IMG/VR virus record: IMGVR_UViG_3300042691_008788
Coordinates: 92,619-156,618 of that record
Strand: one strand, 5' to 3'
Source of the DNA: a virus
Length of the DNA: 64,000 nt
Both the position numbers and the translations under genes were made by a program. The notes below the pieces were generated by a model that did not search any database, was not told the origin of the DNA, and saw only the letters and a list, made by a program, of their open reading frames with translations. Positions 9,970-18,096 of the stretch are shown here, piece by piece; position 1 is the stretch's first letter; every line of letters begins with the position of its first letter.

Positions 9970-11000
9970 TAGTCCCCCTTCGTGAGGTCAGTAACGCTCT
10001 TGTCCTTGCGCCACATCTGACACGACCAGTACTTTGGCGTATCTCGCGAAAGACCACCTTTGTCACAGCCATGTCGAGCGCGGAAGTTCTTCAAACGACC
10101 TGGTTGATCACGCTTGATCGAAAGACCAGGATCACCGAATCTAACGATCTTGTTGTCAACGCACACAGCGAACTTCTTACGCTCACCAGGTGTTCTCCAA
10201 GGCTTACCAGTGGCTCGTCCCTCGCACTCATTAGCCTCGTTCATGCCCTTGCCCGTTAGAGCCTTTAGGAATGAATCTGCTGAACCTTCATCATCAAATA
10301 CAAACTCGGTTGTCTCGTCATTTGATTTGACTTTTGCTCCATACTTCTTGGCGTGTGAACGAATGCTGCTTGCACCAACTCCCGTCTTGAGATTTCCCTG
10401 TACGATGTACTTCTCCAAGATGACAGGCCCATCCCTTGAAATAACATCATTGAATGAAGACAGTGCTGAAAGTATTTCCTGCCTATCAATAAACGCATTA
10501 AGATTGTATCTGCCTTCTTTGATAGTCTTCCAATCACCACCAAGTTCCTTATACTTTGCAGACGCCCAGCCATTACTATAGGCCGATGGGTGTACCCGAA
10601 AACCCTTTCCGTTGTTCGGTCCATCAACGGTCTTACCGTTGTATTCTATACTTGCAACTTTACCAGACACAAGGCTTTGAATCTTGCTCCAAAGTTCCTT
10701 ATTTGTTGGCTCATTTTTCTCATTTATCTTGCCTTTGCCGAAGTTGGACACCATGATGGGTTCACCCTTTCTTTCAGGATTTGGATCGTGCTTTCTCTTA
10801 ACGCGAACAGCGGCGGCTCTCTTTTTCTTGGAGAGCATCGCTCGCTTTTCGTTAGACATGCACTTTGGCTTGGGTTCACCAGTCTCCCTTGCACAGGGAC
10901 CGATGGCCTCACCTTTGGCATTGATCCTCTTCCAACCACCCTCGGGGTGAGATGGGCTGAACCAATTTCTCAAATCCTCAAATGTAAGAACCTTTCCCAT
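9969..11000 (-). CDS. Basic multi-module protein; probable head-packaged internal polyprotein
   Basis: Concatenates modules I recognise from small ORFs of aquatic T4-like phages (DLRNWF..GGW..GPCAR..KPKC; PSAY.NGWA..YK..GG.W; VRFGDP..NFRARHGCD..YWSCQMW), joined by hydrophobic-x-E sites. Own late promoter and GGAG SD. Confidence 0.6.
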   Translation of the reverse strand: MGKVLTFEDLRNWFSPSHPEGGWKRINAKGEAIGPCARETGEPKPKCMSNEKRAMLSKKKRAAAVRVKRKHDPNPERKGEPIMVSNFGKGKINEKNEPTNKELWSKIQSLVSGKVASIEYNGKTVDGPNNGKGFRVHPSAYSNGWASAKYKELGGDWKTIKEGRYNLNAFIDRQEILSALSSFNDVISRDGPVILEKYIVQGNLKTGVGASSIRSHAKKYGAKVKSNDETTEFVFDDEGSADSFLKALTGKGMNEANECEGRATGKPWRTPGERKKFAVCVDNKIVRFGDPGLSIKRDQPGRLKNFRARHGCDKGGLSRDTPKYWSCQMWRKDKSVTDLTKGD

Positions 11001-11020
11001 GCATGTCTCCTAGTTCCCAA

Positions 11021-11027
11021 TATTTAG
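11021..11027 (-). promoter_or_regulatory. Late promoter (CTAAATA) for the 11000-to-2259 module
   Basis: Minus strand reads CCTAAATA in the 32-nt gap after gp47, 20 nt before the ATG. Confidence 0.65.
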
Positions 11028-11032
11028 GAAAA

Positions 11033-12085
11033 CTACAGAGACAAACTTTCAGCATAAAGTTCACGCATGAGGGATTTCAGGGCAGTTCCGCTGTCGATTT
11101 TTAGTTCATCAATATAGCCATCTATCAGTTCCACGGTGTTCTTGGAAAGTTCCTTTTCAGAGACATATTCCTCTTCCGTGGCGGCTTCTTCCTCAAGTTT
11201 TTCAACAATCTGTAGGTCGTACACACCAGCATCAAACAACTTGTCGCAGAACATATCGAACTTGGCAGTGTTCTTCTTGGAGGTAACTACAACCTTTACA
11301 AAGCATTCCTTGTACTTTGAGAAGTTGAAGTTTCCATGTCCTACCTCATCAAGGTTGGTATCGTAGGAAATCTTGCGATACAACTTTCGCGGATTCTCCA
11401 CAAACTCAAGAGTCCCATCTTCCGTGTCTAGGATATGGAATCCCTTTGTCTCGGTTGCCTCTGAATAGAACATCTCATAGGCTGTTCCGAGATAGTGGAT
11501 GTTTCCATTCTGCTGCTTGCAATGGAAGTGACCCGAATAGACCTGTTTGAAGCGGGATAGGGCGATTGGATTCAAGCCACCTTCGTGCTTAACTCCACGA
11601 ACAACCTCATATCCCGTAAGTTCAAAGTGACCAAAAAGGACATCAGCATTGCTCTTTGCAAGATATTCCTGAACAACCTGTGCATTGTCCTTGGATATCC
11701 ACGGAACAAATCCACAGATCATTCCGCCAATCATGACATCGCTTGGCTTCTCATAGACATGGAAGGCATCACCGAATATCTCGACAACAGAGTTGACCTC
11801 ATTGGTGTTTTTCCAATAGCAATCATGGTTCCCGATGACACAATGAACATCTATGTCGTTCTTTCTGAACCACTCCGTGAATCTTCTGCGGACATTGTAA
11901 AGAGTATTGAAGTTTATGTACTTTCTGCGATCAAGGACATCTCCCGTATGGATGACTGTCTTGATGTTGTGCTTCAGTAGATACGGAAACACCTGTTCTT
12001 CGAAATATGAAAGATATGCCTCAAGGAAAATCGGTGAGTCGTTTTTCACCCCGAAATGTGTATCGGTGATTATTGCAATCTTCAT
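11033..12085 (-). CDS. gp47: Recombination endonuclease nuclease subunit (Mre11/SbcD-like)
   Basis: Metallophosphoesterase motifs DTHFG, GDVLDRRK, GNHD, GHFE and SGHFH; follows gp55 as in T4-like phages. Confidence 0.96.
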   Translation of the reverse strand: MKIAIITDTHFGVKNDSPIFLEAYLSYFEEQVFPYLLKHNIKTVIHTGDVLDRRKYINFNTLYNVRRRFTEWFRKNDIDVHCVIGNHDCYWKNTNEVNSVVEIFGDAFHVYEKPSDVMIGGMICGFVPWISKDNAQVVQEYLAKSNADVLFGHFELTGYEVVRGVKHEGGLNPIALSRFKQVYSGHFHCKQQNGNIHYLGTAYEMFYSEATETKGFHILDTEDGTLEFVENPRKLYRKISYDTNLDEVGHGNFNFSKYKECFVKVVVTSKKNTAKFDMFCDKLFDAGVYDLQIVEKLEEEAATEEEYVSEKELSKNTVELIDGYIDELKIDSGTALKSLMRELYAESLSL

Positions 12086-12600
12086 TTCTTGCTCTTCTTG
12101 GGTTCCTTCTTCGTAACCTCAAAGTTCTTGAGATCAGTCTCAGACAATGCCAATGACTTGAAGAACTCTTCGACCTTGTTTTCGTCATAGCACATGTTCT
12201 TCAGCCAGTTCGGAATCTTCCCGTTGACTTGTGCTATCTCTATACTCTTATATTTGATATAGTTCTGCTTCTTTTCTTTCTGTATCCTACGAACGAAGGC
12301 ATAGTAGATTATCTGTGTGAAATATGAGAATGGATTCTTTGACTTCTTTGGATTGAAGTTGGCAGCATACATCAGGCAGTTCTCAATGCCGTCCCCGACC
12401 ATTTCCTCGCGATATGGATAGTTGATGAAGTTTGGTCTATATGAGAGTCTTTCAGCAATAGCCAGAAAGCATCTTCCGATATAGTCAGTCACAGGAGGCT
12501 GAGGTTCCTTCTTCCTCTTTGCCTTATTGCACTCCCGCTTCCACTTTATCATCTCTTGATAGAAAACTTTATTATCAACATAGTGACCTTCTTCGTTCAT
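12082..12600 (-). CDS. gp55: Sigma factor for late transcription
   Basis: HYVDNKVF, YIGRCFLAIAERLSYRPNFINY, EMVGDGIENC and NPFSYFTQIIYYAFVRRIQKEKKQ. Confidence 0.96.
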   Translation of the reverse strand: MNEEGHYVDNKVFYQEMIKWKRECNKAKRKKEPQPPVTDYIGRCFLAIAERLSYRPNFINYPYREEMVGDGIENCLMYAANFNPKKSKNPFSYFTQIIYYAFVRRIQKEKKQNYIKYKSIEIAQVNGKIPNWLKNMCYDENKVEEFFKSLALSETDLKNFEVTKKEPKKSKK

Positions 12601-12625
12601 GTAGTATCCCTTTCATAGTGTAGTA

Positions 12626-12653
12626 ATCATACACCAGTTATCGTCAAAGACAA
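12626..12653 (-). promoter_or_regulatory. sigma70-type promoter for gp55-gp47
   Basis: Minus strand: TTGTCT-16 nt-TATGAT, 25 nt upstream of the gp55 ATG. Confidence 0.55.
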
Positions 12654-12684
12654 GTGCCTTGATTTAGATTTATTTGAAAGGGTC

Positions 12685-12713
12685 TTGACAGATGAAAACG
12701 AGAATGGTAACTT
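12685..12713 (+). promoter_or_regulatory. sigma70-type promoter pointing antisense into the uvsW operon
   Basis: TTGACA-17 nt-TAACTT with an extended -10 TG and an AT-rich upstream tract; no credible plus-strand gene downstream. Confidence 0.5.
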
Positions 12714-12754
12714 GACTGTGTCGTGTTTAATCAAGAAATGTACTTACAGATTAC

Positions 12755-13501
12755 TTACAGGTAATCATTGGGATCTGGACTCCAGTCCTTGAGACTGTTG
12801 CCCCACTTCTCGTCTCCAGTATCCTTGATGGTTTCATGGTCATCCTTGGGCTTCTTGGGTAGGCTCGGATCGACATCATCTTCCAAATCATCGTCATCAT
12901 CGATGTCATGCATACCAGCAGTCATCATATCTTCGATCAGACCTTCTTCCATTAGGTTCTTGAAGATCTTTGCAGGGATCATAAAGTTCACAACAACCAT
13001 TTCCTTCTCTGGATCTTTTGGGTCAAGTTTTGACTGCATCATTGAATCGAAATCGGCCATGCTGTTTATCATTGGAGAAATACCAGCATCAGCGGCCATT
13101 TCCTTTAACAAACGACTCATCTCTCCTTCCATTTCTGCTAGTTCTTTCTTCTTTGCTTCATCGACTTCTTCTCTGATGGTCTTTGCTTCTTCCTTGATGG
13201 GAGGTAGGGATGGATTGTCCTCGCGGTTTTTATACTTTTCATAAGCATCTACTATTTCTTGGGCAGGAGTCATCTTTATTCCAACCCAACTATTAGGAAT
13301 GGTGACTTCGTTTTCATTTGTCCTACCAATCCAATTTTCCATGACAGACGCTGCCTTCAATGCACCACTTGATGGATCCATGAATGGAACCTGTCGAATA
13401 AGCATCGGTCTAGACACCTTGATGCCATTTCGATTCTTGGAGAGGATGCTGGCTACTATCTCCTCACCCGATCTCAACTTAATCAAGATGTATTGATTCA
13501 T
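12755..13501 (-). CDS. Hypothetical protein downstream of uvsW (Sm-like N-terminus, acidic C-terminus)
   Basis: Start moved to ATG 13501 (ATGA overlap with the uvsW stop), 248 aa. ILIKLRSGEEIVA is typical of the gene between uvsW and gp55 in aquatic T4-like phages. Confidence 0.7.
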   Translation of the reverse strand: MNQYILIKLRSGEEIVASILSKNRNGIKVSRPMLIRQVPFMDPSSGALKAASVMENWIGRTNENEVTIPNSWVGIKMTPAQEIVDAYEKYKNREDNPSLPPIKEEAKTIREEVDEAKKKELAEMEGEMSRLLKEMAADAGISPMINSMADFDSMMQSKLDPKDPEKEMVVVNFMIPAKIFKNLMEEGLIEDMMTAGMHDIDDDDDLEDDVDPSLPKKPKDDHETIKDTGDEKWGNSLKDWSPDPNDYL

Positions 13502-14985
13502 GGTAGATTCTCCATCTTTAGTAACACTGGTCTGAAGTCGAAGTTTTCTGATCGATAGATCTTTATTCGTTCCGCAAAGTGACGAAGCGTGTGATTCTTT
13601 TTGCTCTTCCATGATAAATCATCCCCAATATCGTATAGTTTCGCGTATTCCTTGTGTTCAGATACTCGCAGTTGTCTTCCTATCGATTGCAGCACCCGAA
13701 TCCTTGACTTGCTAGGTGATGCAAATATGATGTTGTGTAGCCTCTTGATTGAGATGCCTGTTGAGAATGTTCCGTATGATGCAACAACTATGCAGGAATC
13801 GTTCTCTTCAAGTATCTTTCTTACTTTCTCTCTGTCCTCCGCTTCCGTTCCGCCATGCACGAAGAAGGTCTTTCTTCCCGTCTTTTCTGCAAGATGATTG
13901 AGATACTTTCCATGCTTCTCAACAAACTGAAACAGAATCAAAGTATTTCCCTTTAGTTTGTCTGCAAGATCTACTATGAATCTGTTTCTCTTGTCGTTGT
14001 GGATAAGCCACAACATCTCGTCACTATAGTTATACTTGCTGACAGCGCGTCTTTCGTCTTCTCCGTATTGAAGTAGTATTGTGTCGATTTTCAGATGCGA
14101 AAGTATGTTCTTGTCGATGAGTTTCTTCGTGGTTGTGACATGATAGGAAGGTCCGAACAGACCTTCGATGATCAACTTGTGGCATTGCATTCCATCAAGT
14201 GTTCCCGTGGTGCCAATCCTATAGTTGCAATCAGTCAATTTTTCCATGATGCCAGTGAGAGACTTTGCCTTGAACATATGGCATTCATCACCGAAAACAA
14301 CCTTGAACTGGTCGAAGTAAGCGCGTGGTTGCTTGAACACTGATTGCCATGTGGTGATGACAACTCGTTTGTTTGTTTCTTTGTCTTGTCCCGCATAAAT
14401 CGGGTGGCAGTTCTTTGAAACTTTCCAATCCGTTCCCTTGGCATAGGCTTCGAAATCACTTGCCATCTGTGTAACAAGACCTATGGTTGGAACAACTATG
14501 AGAATCTTGCCATCGACATTTTCAAGTAAATGCCTGAGCAGAAGGTAGATGATCATGGATTTGCCACTGCCTGTCGGAGAGACGAGCAGAAGCCTTGATG
14601 CCTCGGTAGCCTTGATGATGGCTTCCCGCTGATGGTCGTGTAATGAAGGTATTCCAGATGCCTTGCCTACGCATCTGTTGAAGAGATCATCCAAGCCCTC
14701 GTTGTCTAGAGGAATGGATTGATTCTGTGAAAGACTGCTCTCCACATGATAACCACGATCACAGGCGAACTTTGTGACATAGTTCTTCAGACCTCTGTAG
14801 ATCGTTGCCTTGCCTATGTTGTAGAGTTTGATGTCGCCACTCCACCGCGACTTGCGGAAACGCGACATGTACTTGTGGTTTGGAACCTTGAAGGAGAAGC
14901 AATCGCTCAACTCCTTTGCGGTGCCGCGTTCACAACGCACACGGATGAATACTGAATCAACATCTTCCAGAACCAATGTATCCAT
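13498..14985 (-). CDS. uvsW: UvsW RNA-DNA/DNA-DNA helicase (SF2)
   Basis: SPTGSGKS, DECH, GTTGT, ASYGTFSTGISIK and LQSIGRQLR. Confidence 0.96.
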   Translation of the reverse strand: MDTLVLEDVDSVFIRVRCERGTAKELSDCFSFKVPNHKYMSRFRKSRWSGDIKLYNIGKATIYRGLKNYVTKFACDRGYHVESSLSQNQSIPLDNEGLDDLFNRCVGKASGIPSLHDHQREAIIKATEASRLLLVSPTGSGKSMIIYLLLRHLLENVDGKILIVVPTIGLVTQMASDFEAYAKGTDWKVSKNCHPIYAGQDKETNKRVVITTWQSVFKQPRAYFDQFKVVFGDECHMFKAKSLTGIMEKLTDCNYRIGTTGTLDGMQCHKLIIEGLFGPSYHVTTTKKLIDKNILSHLKIDTILLQYGEDERRAVSKYNYSDEMLWLIHNDKRNRFIVDLADKLKGNTLILFQFVEKHGKYLNHLAEKTGRKTFFVHGGTEAEDREKVRKILEENDSCIVVASYGTFSTGISIKRLHNIIFASPSKSRIRVLQSIGRQLRVSEHKEYAKLYDIGDDLSWKSKKNHTLRHFAERIKIYRSENFDFRPVLLKMENLP

Positions 14986-14990
14986 GCAGA

Positions 14991-14997
14991 TATTTAT
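14991..14997 (-). promoter_or_regulatory. Late promoter (ATAAATA) immediately upstream of uvsW
   Basis: Minus strand CATAAATAtctgcATG, overlapping the upstream TAA; uvsW is a late gene in T4. Confidence 0.6.
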
Positions 14998-15494
14998 GGT
15001 TCTATATCTCTCCCATCAAAATGAATCTTAAACTCTCCTTCGTTTAGGACTTTTCCCTCATAGAGCAGGACTTCTACCCCCGCAGACTCAAGGATTGACA
15101 CTCCGATATCGCACTTTGTTTTCCACCTGTCGGGGATGATGTCCCATAGAGTCTTGTGTCCAACCACCCTCTTTATGCCAGATAGAACGATTGCCCTCGC
15201 ACAATCGGGACAACTGATGAATGGGCAATACATGTGCGTATTGAGGGTTGTAAGACCCTTGGAAACACACCTGTATATCACAGATCTCTCAGCGTGTTCG
15301 ATGTAATCGTATTTCGGTTGTTCGTTTGGTTGTCGTATGGATGGGTAGCGGTTTACATCTGCTGCTATGATTCCCGATGAAGGAAATACAATCAAGGCAC
15401 CAACCTGTGTGTTTGTGTCTTCGCTACGAGCCTGAGCATGAATGTAGGCTTGTCTGAGATAGACTCTGTGAATGCCTTCGGTTACTATCTTCAT
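14994..15494 (-). CDS. cd: dCMP deaminase
   Basis: SEDTNTQVGALI, EHAERSVI and CPDCARAIVLSGIKRVV zinc motifs. Start moved to ATG 15494 (ATGA overlap with uvsY). Confidence 0.88.
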   Translation of the reverse strand: MKIVTEGIHRVYLRQAYIHAQARSEDTNTQVGALIVFPSSGIIAADVNRYPSIRQPNEQPKYDYIEHAERSVIYRCVSKGLTTLNTHMYCPFISCPDCARAIVLSGIKRVVGHKTLWDIIPDRWKTKCDIGVSILESAGVEVLLYEGKVLNEGEFKIHFDGRDIEP

Positions 15495-15925
15495 GATCCA
15501 CTCATGAACTTCTTCCATTCTATTGCAGACTTGATGTCCCAACCACGGCGACCAATGGATTGTAATACGGATTCGATGTACTTCACCTTTTCCTTGAGGT
15601 AGTATACACGGGCTTCCAACCTTAGTAGATCCTTGTCAGATTCAAGGTAAACATCGATGTCTGTTCTGAGGATCTTCAGGCCAAAAGGTTGCCATCCCTT
15701 TTCATCAAGCGTCTCTTGATCCAACTTGCCAAGGTAATATTCCCACTTGAGTCTACGAAGTTCCTTCTGCTCAATCGTGGCCTTGTGTAGAACAAGAGAC
15801 TCATCGTGCAGTATGTTCAGATACTTGCTGTGTAGTTGTGGTGTCTTGAGAGATTCAAGGTCGAGATTGAGGTCATCAATCTCCATGTCCTCTGCGACCA
15901 TCTTCTTGATTGTTTCTATATCCAT
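15491..15925 (-). CDS. uvsY: Recombination mediator UvsY
   Basis: LDLESLKTPQLHSKYL, KWEYYLGK and RGWDIKSAIEWKKF; position between gp3 and uvsW. Confidence 0.93.
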   Translation of the reverse strand: MDIETIKKMVAEDMEIDDLNLDLESLKTPQLHSKYLNILHDESLVLHKATIEQKELRRLKWEYYLGKLDQETLDEKGWQPFGLKILRTDIDVYLESDKDLLRLEARVYYLKEKVKYIESVLQSIGRRGWDIKSAIEWKKFMSGS

Positions 15926-15931
15926 GGTTAA

Positions 15932-15959
15932 AGAATATCACAAAATCAAATCAAGTCAA
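15932..15959 (-). promoter_or_regulatory. sigma70-type promoter for uvsY, probably leaderless
   Basis: Minus strand: TTGACT-16 nt-(TGa)TATTCT-ttaacc-ATG(15925); no SD. Confidence 0.65.
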
Positions 15960-16522
15960 GTCACATCTTCAAGTTCAAATGAATGGAATGTGAATGTTGC
16001 GCTGACTTGTACTGGCTCTGGTTCGTTTAGGGCAACATTTAGATCAAATCCATCTATACTGACAGGAAATACTTGCTTGAAAACAAATCTCTTATTAGGA
16101 TTCTTTGCACTATTCAGCATGTGTACTGTGGCATCTGAATAATAGTTGTTCTCATTTGCAAGAATAGATTCAAAATCTTCGAAAGGGACAATGCCTTTCA
16201 TCCATCGATATACCTCATACCAGTTCGCAAAATCTTCATCAACTTCAAATGTGACTCGCAACTGATCAAACTGAACAGATGACCCAGGCACATGATGTGT
16301 TAGCAGTCTATTCGGTATGCTTATCTCACCAACCGAAATTGATGGTATATTTACCGATGTACACCAGAAGGTGACATTTGGGAGTCTTGTGAAAGACAAC
16401 TTAAAGTTTGTATTCTGATATGCATTTACATTTGTCGGCTGACGAAGAAGTGCATTGTAACTAGTGCCTTCTTCGTTTATGGCAGCGGCATTTATCAATG
16501 ATGAATCGTATTCGTCGCTCAT
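15956..16522 (-). CDS. gp3: Tail completion / tube terminator protein
   Basis: FKLSFTRLPNVTFWCTSVNIPSIS, FEVDEDFANWYEVYRWM, SDATVHMLNS and FPVSI; follows gp23. Confidence 0.85.
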   Translation of the reverse strand: MSDEYDSSLINAAAINEEGTSYNALLRQPTNVNAYQNTNFKLSFTRLPNVTFWCTSVNIPSISVGEISIPNRLLTHHVPGSSVQFDQLRVTFEVDEDFANWYEVYRWMKGIVPFEDFESILANENNYYSDATVHMLNSAKNPNKRFVFKQVFPVSIDGFDLNVALNEPEPVQVSATFTFHSFELEDVT

Positions 16523-16527
16523 GCCTA

Positions 16528-16534
16528 TATGTAT
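16528..16534 (-). promoter_or_regulatory. Late promoter variant (ATACATA) upstream of gp3
   Basis: Minus strand GATACATAtaggcATG, directly after the gp23 terminator; same 5-nt spacing to ATG as the uvsW site. Confidence 0.55.
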
Positions 16535-16538
16535 CCTT

Positions 16539-16570
16539 AAAAAAGAAATCGGGGGGATTTCTCCCCCCGA
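16539..16570 (-). terminator. Rho-independent terminator after gp23
   Basis: Perfect 9-bp stem UCGGGGGGA-GAAA-UCCCCCCGA followed by UUUCUUUUUU on the minus strand. Confidence 0.93.
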
Positions 16571-16597
16571 CCTCTACTGATTATTTTCAGTCAACTA

Positions 16598-18070
16598 TCA
16601 GGACTGTGAAACTACACCCTGAACGCCATGGAGGTTGTCCACGCGGAAGATGCGGTAGTACTGATTTGCGCGATAGTTGCTAGAAACTGCAACATTGGTT
16701 GTGTTGACGAATGGATTGACTGCCATGCCGTAACGGGTCTTGAAACCAATCTTTGGCTGGAAGGTCGCATCGTTGATTGCACGAACCATCTGTAGTGGGA
16801 TGTATGGGCAGTAGAAGAGTCCTGCATCATATGGCGAGGTTCCCTTGTATCCGACGCAGACGAAGTCGCGAGCGTTTGCGCTGATACCAACTGAGGAGTA
16901 AGGATCAACATAGACCTTGATCTTACCATTGAGAACACCGACGAAGGTGTTGCCCGTGTCATCAACATCAAGGTTAACATTGAGTGCTGGGCTGATGTTA
17001 AGGAATCCACCCATTGCGAGGGCTGATGCAACATCCGCAGAGCAGATGATGAAGTTGCCCTTACCACGGCGGGTATCCTTAGCGATCACATTGGCTTCGC
17101 GCTCAATTTGGAACATGAGGCCGCGGAACTTCTCAGCAGACCAACGACCGTCTGAGTCGCGGATTAGGTCATAGACACCACCTGGAGCAGCAAGACCAGT
17201 GCTTTGAGATGGATTTGATGCGCCTGGAACGAACGAGTAAGTGCTTCCAGAGGTCTTGTAGAAAAGATCGCTGTGCTGTGCGCCGAGTTTGGCTGTGGTG
17301 TAGATCGAACGAACGACTTCGCGGTTGATTTCAGCAAGGATTTCGGTGCTGAGAATGTTGGCGAGTTCTGTCTCAGCGTCGAGGCCATGGATAGCCTTGA
17401 GGTCTTGAGCGAGTTCGATTGTATACTCTGCCTTGAGTGCGCGAGTCTTTGCAGTGACTGATGCACGATCAATCGTGAATGCCATGGTGTTGAAGTCGCC
17501 ATTTGCTCCACCTTCACCAAGACCTTCACCGAGTTCGCGGGACATTCCGCTAGATGGTTCCCAACCAGAGGCACCCGAAATGGCAGAACCAGTGGTTCCG
17601 AGAATACCATAAAGTGGATCACCAACAAATGTTGATTCGGCAGTGCCGCCACCAGCAGACGAAGCAGATCCCGAAACACCCGAGAACTTAGTGAATGCTT
17701 CATTGAAGAGGGCTTCTGATCCACTGCGGTTGACATAAGTGGACTTCATTGCGAAGATGAGTCCAGTTGGCGAGGTCATTGGCTGAACTGATGCAACATC
17801 GTATGCCATGAGGTTTGGCATTGCGCGGCGAACGAGCGAGATGAGGATTGGATCATATCCTGCAAGACCAGATCCAGTTGCATAATCAAGACCCGCTGCT
17901 CCGATTGCACTTGCTGGTGCTGCTGCTTCGCGAAGTGCTTGCTCTTGGTTCTCCAAGAGGATTGCCGTGACTGCACGGCGGTAGTTGTCCTTGATTGGCG
18001 AGAGGCTGTTATGTTCCATAACTGGCTCCCACTTGCGCTCAAGTTGTTCGACTAGTGTGAAAGTACCCAT
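16598..18070 (-). CDS. gp23: Major capsid protein
   Basis: KWEPVMEH, AILLENQE, DPILISLVRRAMPNL, VQPMTSPTGLIFAM, RALKAEYTIELAQDLKAIHGLDAE and FQPKIGFKTRYG. Confidence 0.99.
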   Translation of the reverse strand: MGTFTLVEQLERKWEPVMEHNSLSPIKDNYRRAVTAILLENQEQALREAAAPASAIGAAGLDYATGSGLAGYDPILISLVRRAMPNLMAYDVASVQPMTSPTGLIFAMKSTYVNRSGSEALFNEAFTKFSGVSGSASSAGGGTAESTFVGDPLYGILGTTGSAISGASGWEPSSGMSRELGEGLGEGGANGDFNTMAFTIDRASVTAKTRALKAEYTIELAQDLKAIHGLDAETELANILSTEILAEINREVVRSIYTTAKLGAQHSDLFYKTSGSTYSFVPGASNPSQSTGLAAPGGVYDLIRDSDGRWSAEKFRGLMFQIEREANVIAKDTRRGKGNFIICSADVASALAMGGFLNISPALNVNLDVDDTGNTFVGVLNGKIKVYVDPYSSVGISANARDFVCVGYKGTSPYDAGLFYCPYIPLQMVRAINDATFQPKIGFKTRYGMAVNPFVNTTNVAVSSNYRANQYYRIFRVDNLHGVQGVVSQS

Positions 18071-18096
18071 TTCTATTCTCCTTGATTTGACAGGGA

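Noticed and set aside
13502-13612. N-terminal extension of the 285-aa ORF
   Set aside because: It overlaps the uvsW C-terminus; ATG 13501 gives a clean ATGA coupling.
15495-15542. N-terminal extension of dCMP deaminase
   Set aside because: It overlaps uvsY; ATG 15494 gives ATGA coupling.
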